Shown: one piece after another, positions 8,152 through 14,725 of the stretch
Layout: each line of letters starts with the position of its first letter
How positions within the stretch are numbered: the stretch's first letter is position 1
Origin: Geobacter sulfurreducens PCA
GTDB lineage: Bacteria; Desulfobacterota; Desulfuromonadia; Geobacterales; Geobacteraceae
Assembly: GCF_000007985.2 (NCBI RefSeq)
Contig: NC_002939.5
Coordinates: 3,270,001 to 3,302,000 of the forward strand
Direction of reading: 5' to 3'
Length of the DNA stretch: 32,000 nucleotides
Made by a program: the position numbers and the translations under genes
The notes under the pieces: model-generated
The model's database searches: none
What the model was told of the DNA's origin: nothing
Seen by the model: only the letters and a program-made list of their open reading frames with translations

Positions 8152-8571
8152 TCATCCCCCCTGCTGCCGCGCCAGGCACTCGCGGCAATAACCGTTGGCC
8201 TGGAAAATATGCGACACGACCCGCCCGGCCACGAGTTTCTCCAGATCCGGCAGTGCGCAGACGTCAACCTCCTCCACCCGTCGGCACGAGAGGCAGACGA
8301 AGTGGTGGTGATGCTCGCGACGGTCGCAGTAATAGTAGTAAAGCTGCCGGTTCGGATGAATGATGGTGGTTATCACCCCGCCGGCGGCCAGTTCCTCAAG
8401 ATTTCGGTAGACCGTGGGGAGCCCCACCCGGTCGAAACGGAGCTTCAGCTTGCGCCAGACCTCCTCGGGGCTCGCATACCCCTCCTCGCCGGCAAGAATG
8501 TCGAGCACGGCACGCCGCTTGGGGGTAATGCGGAGGTTGAGGTCCCTGAGAAGATCGTCAAAGTGCTTCAT
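8152..8571 (-). CDS. zur: Fur-family zinc uptake regulator
   Basis: ATG at 8571 gives 139 aa (MKHFDDLLRDLNLRITPKRRAVLDIL...). Winged-helix N-terminus, HHHHFVCLSC and CRECL (two CxxC pairs). It is the first gene of the znu operon. The track's 358-aa ORF is an upstream read-through artefact. Confidence 0.85.
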   Translation of the reverse strand: MKHFDDLLRDLNLRITPKRRAVLDILAGEEGYASPEEVWRKLKLRFDRVGLPTVYRNLEELAAGGVITTIIHPNRQLYYYYCDRREHHHHFVCLSCRRVEEVDVCALPDLEKLVAGRVVSHIFQANGYCRECLARQQGG

Positions 8572-8590
8572 GGTCAGGAGGTTTCCTGTT

Positions 8591-8611
8591 AAACAGAAAT
8601 CATTTCCATTT
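8591..8611. promoter_or_regulatory. Candidate Zur box: 10-1-10 imperfect palindrome AAACAGAAAT-c-ATTTCCATTT (perfect core GAAATcATTTC at 8596-8606)
   Basis: AT-rich palindrome, 8 of 10 arm positions complementary. It sits 20-40 nt upstream of the zur ATG and directly downstream of the predicted -10. Confidence 0.5.
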
Positions 8612-8639
8612 AAAATACCCCCGTGCCGCTGTTTGTCAA
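8612..8639 (-). promoter_or_regulatory. Sigma70-like promoter for zur-znuACB (TTGACA-16 nt-TATTTT)
   Basis: The minus strand reads cctcTTGACAaacagcggcacgggggTATTTTaaatgg. The -35 is at plus 8634-8639 and the -10 at 8612-8617. Confidence 0.4.
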
Positions 8640-8656
8640 GAGGGGAAATCCCTCCG

Positions 8657-8685
8657 TTGACTCGGGGAAACAGATGGGCTACAGT
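8657..8685 (+). promoter_or_regulatory. Sigma70-like promoter for the plus-strand PCC/J-LRR gene pair (TTGACT-17 nt-TACAGT)
   Basis: TTGACT at 8657-8662 and TACAGT at 8680-8685, about 64 nt upstream of the ATG at 8749. Confidence 0.35.
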
Positions 8686-8748
8686 GCCCCTGTCGGTCGC
8701 GGCGGCGGGAATTCCGGGCGCGCGAAGGCCGACGGAAAGCGAGGTCCC

Positions 8749-9213
8749 ATGCTCATCGGCAGACTTCCCCACAAAGGTGACCTGCTGGGCGGGCTGACGG
8801 CCGCGGCAGTGGAAGGCGGCGTCAAGGCCGGCCTCATCCAGGTCATCGGCTCCCTGGAGCGTGCGAGACTCGCCTTCTACGACCAGAGGGCCCGGCGCTA
8901 CCGGGAGTTTTCCCTCGATACCCCCCTGGAGATCACGGCAGGGCTCGGCAACATCTCGCTCAAGGACGGCACCCCCTTTGTCCACCTCCATCTCTCCCTG
9001 GCCGACCAGGAAGGAGCGATGACCGGAGGGCACGCCGTGGCAGGATGCACGGTCTTCGCTGCGGAATATGCCATTATCCCCCTCGCCGGCACGACGCCGG
9101 TGCGGGTGCATGACGAAACCACGGGCCTCTTCCTCTGGGAGCGTGAGCGCTACGGCTCCGGCCCCGCGTCTGAGCTTCCTGCCGACATCCAGCGGGCCCT
9201 GTTCATTCCCTGA
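8749..9213 (+). CDS. PCC (plants-and-prokaryotes-conserved, DUF296) domain protein
   Basis: ATG at 8749 gives 154 aa. MLIGRLPHKGDLLGGLTAAAVEGGVKAGLIQVIGSLERARLAFYD... and HLHLSLADQEGAMTGGH match the DUF296 pattern (RL..G.DL, GSL..a.L, H.H...G...GGH). GAGG upstream. Confidence 0.75.
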   Translation: MLIGRLPHKGDLLGGLTAAAVEGGVKAGLIQVIGSLERARLAFYDQRARRYREFSLDTPLEITAGLGNISLKDGTPFVHLHLSLADQEGAMTGGHAVAGCTVFAAEYAIIPLAGTTPVRVHDETTGLFLWERERYGSGPASELPADIQRALFIP

Positions 9214-9226
9214 CCCCCGATACTTC

Positions 9227-10597
9227 ATGAGAACTGGCTACCATCGCACAACAACCCCGGACGAACAGGAGCTTGAACGCAAGCGACGGGAGTTCCACGC
9301 CCTGGAGCGCCGCCTCTCCAGGCTGGAGCACGACCTGGAGGATCTGCGGGAAGAGATTCGGGAGTTCGAGCAGCTCTACGCCGACAAAATGGCCGACCGG
9401 ATCAGCGAGTTGGACCAGTTGAAGGCCGAACTGGCGCGGGCACGCCGACAGGCGGCCATGGCCGATGGGGAAGAGCGTACGGCTGAGGGCGAGCGGGACG
9501 GGTTCAGCGAGGAGCGCCGGTTCGAGGAGCGCGGCGGGGAGACGGAAACGGAAATCCCCCGGGTGAAACCCGCCACGATGAATTCGGGGACCGGCGAAAG
9601 CCTGCGGGATGTGTACCGGCGGGTCGCCAAGGCGATCCATCCCGACCTGGCCGAAAACGACGAAAACCGGCGGCTGCGGCAGAAGCTCATGGCCGAGGCG
9701 AACAGGGCCTACGCCGAGGAGGACCGGGTGACGCTCCACGCCATTATGGAGGAGTGGGAAGCGGGACCCGAGATGACTGTGGTCGTGGGGATGGCCGGCC
9801 AGCTGGAGCTGGTGAACCGGCGGATCGCTCGGGTGATCGACCGGATCAGATCAGTGGAGCGTGAAACGGCAAAACTGCGCAACAGCGACATCTACCGGCT
9901 GGTCCAGCGGGTGCAGGAGGCTCGCTGGCGCGGGCGGGACATAATCGCCGAGATGGCGGCGAAACTGGATGCGGAAATCCTTGCCGCATGCCGGCATTTG
10001 AACGAGGTCAGCCAGGTCAGCCCCCGGAGCGACGCACCTCCGGAGCCGATCAACACACCCCAGGCGTCCCTGCGCACCGTCCGCTTTCCGACCGAACGCA
10101 GCCTCGGCGTGCTCTACGTGCGCGATCTGCGCTCAGGGAGCTTCCTGGACTGGAAGCGCCTCGGCGAGGCCATGGGCGATGTGGCGGTCCCAACGGGCAA
10201 GGCCCTGCGCCTTGATGTACCGGAGGGAGACACCGGCAGTCTCGACCTGCTCGGCACCCTGGCTCCCCATGACCTCCAGGCCTGCTTCCTCTACGGCGCC
10301 GGCGACGACGACCTCACCCACCTGCTGAAGCTCATCGGCATCGAGGAAATCTACCTGTCCGGCGCCGGCATCTCCGGCGAAGGGTTGGCCCACCTGCTGG
10401 AGCTGAAAGGGCTCGAGCGCCTGTACCTCTACGATACGTCAGTCACCGACGCGGGGCTCATGGCCCTCAGACACCTCCCCCGCCTCCGCTCCGTCACCCT
10501 CTGCAATGCCCCGGTCACCGAACACGGCATCGACCGCCTAAAGCTCTCCCTTCCCGCCTGCCGGGTAGTGGTCCTCCGCAGCGGCGGCAAAGCCTGA
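9227..10597 (+). CDS. Coiled-coil / J-domain (HPD motif) / C-terminal leucine-rich-repeat protein
   Basis: ATG at 9227 gives 456 aa. N-terminal heptad-rich acidic/basic region. J-domain-like LRDVYRRVAKAIHPDLAENDENRRLRQKLMAEANRAYAEED. C-terminal ~24-aa LRRs (IEEIYLSGAGISGEGLAHLLELKGLERLYLYDTSVTDAGLMALRHLPRLRSVTLCNAPVTEHGI). Confidence 0.75.
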   Translation: MRTGYHRTTTPDEQELERKRREFHALERRLSRLEHDLEDLREEIREFEQLYADKMADRISELDQLKAELARARRQAAMADGEERTAEGERDGFSEERRFEERGGETETEIPRVKPATMNSGTGESLRDVYRRVAKAIHPDLAENDENRRLRQKLMAEANRAYAEEDRVTLHAIMEEWEAGPEMTVVVGMAGQLELVNRRIARVIDRIRSVERETAKLRNSDIYRLVQRVQEARWRGRDIIAEMAAKLDAEILAACRHLNEVSQVSPRSDAPPEPINTPQASLRTVRFPTERSLGVLYVRDLRSGSFLDWKRLGEAMGDVAVPTGKALRLDVPEGDTGSLDLLGTLAPHDLQACFLYGAGDDDLTHLLKLIGIEEIYLSGAGISGEGLAHLLELKGLERLYLYDTSVTDAGLMALRHLPRLRSVTLCNAPVTEHGIDRLKLSLPACRVVVLRSGGKA

Positions 10598-10626
10598 CCT
10601 CCGCCACACTTCCTGTCCACCCCCGC

Positions 10627-11712
10627 TCACATGGTCCGGGCAAGGACCGCGGCACAAGCCGCCAGAAGACGCTCATTGTCGGCGCGCGACCGGACCGCGA
10701 CCCGGAAGAAACGGTCGTTCAGCCCCCGGAACAAAGAGCAGTCCCGGATCAGTATCCGCTGCCGCAGCAGGGCCTCGGCCAGCGCCGGCACCGTCGGCCC
10801 GGTCGTCAGTTCCGCCAGCAGGTAGTTGGCCGCGGACGGATAGACCCGCACCCCCGGAATGGCGGCAAGCCCCGCCGCCAGAACCGCCCGCTCCTCTTCG
10901 ATCAGTCTCCGCGTTCGCGCCGCGTACTCCCCATCCACCAGGGTGGCGAGCCCGGCCGCCTGGGCCAGGGTGTTGACGCTCCACGGTGCCCGCAGATCGG
11001 CCAGCCGGGCCGCATCCTCCGGAGCCGCCACGGCAAAGCCGAGGCGCAGACCGGGAATTGCATGAAACTTGGTCAGGGAGCGGAGCACGACGCCACCCCC
11101 CTGGCGGGCCACATACCCCGTCACCGACTCCTCTTCCCGGAAATCCATGAAGGCCTCGTCCACCACCAGAAAGGTCCCGCGGGCACGGCACAGCCGGTGG
11201 ACCGCAACCATGTCGTCATGGGGGATCAGACTGCCGGTGGGATTGCCCGGATTGGCCAGGACGACGAGGTTCCATCCCTCGGCCAGACGCTGGTCGAGGA
11301 GGGCCGGCGCCAGGGCGAACCCCTCCTCCGGCGCCAGGTCCAGGTAGCCCACTTCCCAGCCGGCGCGGGTCAGGCTCCTGGCGTACTCCGAGAACGGCGG
11401 CGCCACCACTAGCCCACGCCCGCCTCCCACGAGGCGCGGCAGCAGGTAGATGAGTTCTGTGGAGCCGTTGGCGGCACAGATGCACTCTGCCGGCAGCCCG
11501 TGATGGCGGGCCAGGGAATCTCGCAGCTCGGCCGCCTGGCTATCGGGATAGTGCACCAGCCGGTCGAAGGCCGCCATCACCGCCTCCCGCACCGCAGGGG
11601 CCGGCCCCAGAGGATTTATGCTGGCGGAGAAGTCCAGAAGATCCTCCGGCCGGATACCGAGTTCGCGGGCCACGGCGAAGACCGTGCCGCCATGATCGAA
11701 GGTGCTCGTCAC
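10627..11712 (-). CDS. cobD: L-threonine-O-3-phosphate decarboxylase (class I/II aminotransferase fold)
   Basis: GTG at 11712 forms a GTGA overlap with the cbiB stop. Sequence VTSTFDHGGTVFAVARELGIRPEDLLDFSASINPLGP..., with the PLP-lysine region SLTKFHAIPGLRLGF. The track's ATG at 11799 would overlap cbiB by 90 nt. Confidence 0.85.
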   Translation of the reverse strand: MTSTFDHGGTVFAVARELGIRPEDLLDFSASINPLGPAPAVREAVMAAFDRLVHYPDSQAAELRDSLARHHGLPAECICAANGSTELIYLLPRLVGGGRGLVVAPPFSEYARSLTRAGWEVGYLDLAPEEGFALAPALLDQRLAEGWNLVVLANPGNPTGSLIPHDDMVAVHRLCRARGTFLVVDEAFMDFREEESVTGYVARQGGGVVLRSLTKFHAIPGLRLGFAVAAPEDAARLADLRAPWSVNTLAQAAGLATLVDGEYAARTRRLIEEERAVLAAGLAAIPGVRVYPSAANYLLAELTTGPTVPALAEALLRQRILIRDCSLFRGLNDRFFRVAVRSRADNERLLAACAAVLARTM

Positions 11713-12671
11713 GGACGCTCCAGGACAAAAAGGTAGCACAACATGAACCCCGTCAGCAGGATCTCGGAGCCGTACATGAGCCGGACGGCGCCGCGCCATG
11801 CCGTGCGATCGAGAGGGTTCAGGGGATCGCCGATGGTCGGTTTCGCCACCGGCCGGCCAAAGTAGACATTCATGCCGCCGAGGCGCACCCCAAGGGCTCC
11901 GGCCGCGGCAGCCTCGGGGATGCCGGCGTTGGGGGAGGAATGGTTGCGGCCGTCCCGGCGCATGATCCGCCAGGCGCCCGGCCCGGAAAGTCCCGCCAGC
12001 GGGGCGGACAGCACCATGAGCAGGCCGGTGATCCTGGCCGGCAGCAGGTTCACCAGATCGTCGAACCGTGCCGAAGCCCAGCCGAAATGAAGATACCGCT
12101 CGTTTTTGTACCCGACCATGGAATCGAGAGTGTTTACCGCCTTGTAGGCGAGCGCCAGCGGGGCCCCGCCGATCATGAACCAGAACAGGGGGGCGATCAC
12201 GCCGTCGGAGGTGTTTTCGGCCACGGTCTCCACGACGCCGCGCCAGATCTCCGGCTCGGTGAGTTCCGCGGTATCGCGCCCTACGATGCGGGAAAGGAAA
12301 AAGCGCGCCTCGGCGAGATCGCCGGCGGCCAAGGCATCCGCCACGAGCTTCGACTCCCCGTGGAGCGAGCGGGCAGCCAGACAGGTCCAGCCCAACAGCG
12401 CCTCTACCGCGAACCCGGCCACGGGGTGCACCAGTCCGGCGCCCAGAACGAGCAGCCAGGCGGTGCCCCCGGTGATCCCGACGGTCAGAACCAGCAGAAT
12501 CACACCTGCTGCTCGCTCGTTCGTCACCAGGCGGCGGAGTTGCCGTTCAAGGGCGGTCACAAGCCTGCCCACGGCCACCACCGGATGGGGGAGCCAGCGA
12601 GGATCGCCCAGCAGCCAGTCGAGAACAAGGGCGGCAAGGACCAGCAGGGCCACCCGGTCAGGGCCGGTCAC
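11709..12671 (-). CDS. cbiB: Adenosylcobinamide-phosphate synthase
   Basis: 320 aa membrane protein. LLGDPRWLPHPVVAVGRLV and SPNAGIPEAAAAGALGVRLGG are typical of CbiB/CobD. Its GTG start overlaps the kinase stop (GTGA). Confidence 0.9.
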   Translation of the reverse strand: MTGPDRVALLVLAALVLDWLLGDPRWLPHPVVAVGRLVTALERQLRRLVTNERAAGVILLVLTVGITGGTAWLLVLGAGLVHPVAGFAVEALLGWTCLAARSLHGESKLVADALAAGDLAEARFFLSRIVGRDTAELTEPEIWRGVVETVAENTSDGVIAPLFWFMIGGAPLALAYKAVNTLDSMVGYKNERYLHFGWASARFDDLVNLLPARITGLLMVLSAPLAGLSGPGAWRIMRRDGRNHSSPNAGIPEAAAAGALGVRLGGMNVYFGRPVAKPTIGDPLNPLDRTAWRGAVRLMYGSEILLTGFMLCYLFVLERP

Positions 12672-14701
12672 GCGCTCTCCTCCGGCTGTGGCGGCACAAC
12701 CACCGGCAGCGGCGTTTCGTTGAGCGTAAAGAAGAACGTGGCACCCCGGTCCACGGCACCTTCGGCCCAGGTGCGGCCACCGTGCCGGCGGATCACCCGA
12801 GCCACGGTGGCGAGGCCGACGCCGGTCCCCGGGAACTGCTCGGCTGCATGCAGCCGGCTGAAGGGTCGGAAGAGACGATTGATCTCCTCCGGATCGAATC
12901 CCGCACCGTTATCGCGGACAAAGTAAATCCGCCGATCCCCCTCGTCCCGGGACCCGAACTCGATGACGGCTTCATCCCTGATGGCCGTGTACTTCCACGC
13001 GTTGCTGAGCAGGTTCTCCACCGCAAGGCCCAGCAGGTCCATGTCCCCATCCACAGTCAGATCGCCCGCCACCTGGAAGCCTACCTTCCGTTGCGGCTCG
13101 GCGAATTGGAGGTTATCTATCACGGCCTGACCTATTTCCGCCATGTCCACCGGCTCGAGGTTCAACTCCTTGCAGGTGGCGCGGGCAAGGGCGAGCTGCG
13201 CGTCGACGAGGGCGTTCATCCTTGCCGTGGCAAGCTCAATGGCCGTGAATAAATCCGGCAGCAGCTCGCTCTCGGTGCCGTCGCATTCGGCGCGCGCCAG
13301 TTGCACGTAGCCGGCGATGCTCGACAGGGGCGTTCGGATATCATGGCTCAGGGATGAACTGAATTGCCTCAGATCCTCGTTCGCCTCTTCCAGCTGGACG
13401 GTCCGGTCGTACACTCGCTGCTCCAGAAGCCGGGCGAACGAGTCCAGGTCGCGTCGGGATTTCTGGAGGCGCTCCACCATGGTGTTGAAGGAGACGGCAA
13501 GGGCGCCCAGCTCGTCCGAACGCCGGGCATCGAGCCGGTGGGAGAAATCCCCTTCGGCAATGGCCGAGGTACCGGCCATGAGCGAATCCAGGGCCCGGAG
13601 AACGGACCGGCTCGTTCCGAGGATGAGGCTCACCGCCATCACCAGGAAGAGCGAAACGGCAAGAACGCCCTGCCAGCGGGCCGCGGCGGTCAGGGTGAGC
13701 ATCTGGGCACTGCCCGAATCCAGCGATCGGGAAATGATGGGCATGAGCGTCTTGTAGAGAACCGCCTCCATGCGGGAGTTGGCCAGAGCCACCGCCTCAT
13801 GCCCGCGCCCAGCCCTTTTGAGCGCCACGGCCTGATGCATGAGCCCGGTCAGCTCCTGGAAGCTCCGTGTAACGGTCTCAGCGTCCTTCAATGCCGTCGG
13901 GTCACCCTGGCGTGCCAGGCTCCACATCTGCTGCCGGAAATTCTCCAGGGCATGGCCGGCCTGCCAGTCCAGCCGCGAAAGATCGGTCTCGATGCCCTGG
14001 CGCTGGTTGAGCAGATACTTCATCAGCTCCTTGAGCTGCCCGGTCACCTCGAACAGCAGGTGGTTGGCGGCAAGAAAGCCGTCCAGGGCCGCTTCGCCCC
14101 GCTCGATGTTCCGGACTCCCTCCGCGGACATCCAGGGGATCCGCCCCACGGCCATTAATAGATTGTGAAAGGCGACGTGCACCTCCACCGCTCCGTCATC
14201 GAGGGCCTTGTCCACGGGCAGGAGCACCTCCCGATCGAAATAGGGCTCAAGCCGATCGCGGAACAGCGCCATCGCCTCATCGCCGCGGCCCGCGTCCTGG
14301 AGCTCAAAAAACCATTCGGCCGTGCGAACCCATGAGGCATAGCGGGTCTGCACCTCCTGGACCAGTTCAAGATCGTCGTCCTCGCCGGCAACGCCCAGCG
14401 CCCTCTGCGCCTTGATGGCATCGATCCAGACGGAAAAGGACTCATCGGCCAACTGGCCGCCCTTGCGGAATTCATCCCGGGCGGCAGGATCGGAGATGGC
14501 CAGATAATCGACCACCTCCTTCATCTGCTGAATCATGCCGGCCCGGGCCAGGGCAATGCCCCTCAGGTATTCGACCGCCGGGATGAGATGGCGCACCCGC
14601 GTATGGACCTGGGCCGACGAGTGAAACAGGTATCCCACGAACACTGCAACATGTATTGCGATCAGGATGATGACGATTTGCACTTTCCGTTTTATGGTCA
14701 C
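12668..14701 (-). CDS. Sensor histidine kinase (TM - ~300-aa helical extracytoplasmic domain - TM - HAMP - HisKA - HATPase_c); no response regulator nearby
   Basis: 677 aa. H-box SLSHDIRTPLSSI, N-box LLSNAWKYT, G-boxes DNGAGF and GTGVGLA, and a HAMP segment (IAEGDFSHRLDARRSDELGALAVSFNTM). GTG start has GGAGA 8 nt upstream. Confidence 0.9.
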   Translation of the reverse strand: MTIKRKVQIVIILIAIHVAVFVGYLFHSSAQVHTRVRHLIPAVEYLRGIALARAGMIQQMKEVVDYLAISDPAARDEFRKGGQLADESFSVWIDAIKAQRALGVAGEDDDLELVQEVQTRYASWVRTAEWFFELQDAGRGDEAMALFRDRLEPYFDREVLLPVDKALDDGAVEVHVAFHNLLMAVGRIPWMSAEGVRNIERGEAALDGFLAANHLLFEVTGQLKELMKYLLNQRQGIETDLSRLDWQAGHALENFRQQMWSLARQGDPTALKDAETVTRSFQELTGLMHQAVALKRAGRGHEAVALANSRMEAVLYKTLMPIISRSLDSGSAQMLTLTAAARWQGVLAVSLFLVMAVSLILGTSRSVLRALDSLMAGTSAIAEGDFSHRLDARRSDELGALAVSFNTMVERLQKSRRDLDSFARLLEQRVYDRTVQLEEANEDLRQFSSSLSHDIRTPLSSIAGYVQLARAECDGTESELLPDLFTAIELATARMNALVDAQLALARATCKELNLEPVDMAEIGQAVIDNLQFAEPQRKVGFQVAGDLTVDGDMDLLGLAVENLLSNAWKYTAIRDEAVIEFGSRDEGDRRIYFVRDNGAGFDPEEINRLFRPFSRLHAAEQFPGTGVGLATVARVIRRHGGRTWAEGAVDRGATFFFTLNETPLPVVVPPQPEESA

Positions 14702-14725
14702 GGGGAATCTCCTCTGAAAAGACCA

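Noticed and set aside
8152-9228. N-terminally extended longest-ORF versions of real genes: the 358-aa zur ORF. Others are nikR to 1712, TBDT to 4788, cobD to 11799, the ferritin-like ORF to 26073, cobC to 30466, the PCC gene from 8623, the J-LRR gene from 9068, and the Cys-rich gene to 5552.
   Set aside because: The extensions have no homology-like sequence. They overlap neighbouring genes or promoters. Internal starts give canonical family N-termini with a properly spaced Shine-Dalgarno or a 4-nt overlap.
10598-10626. An expected bidirectional terminator between the convergent J-LRR gene and cobD.
   Set aside because: The 29-nt spacer (cctccgccacacttcctgtccacccccgc) has no self-complementarity, so I make no terminator call.
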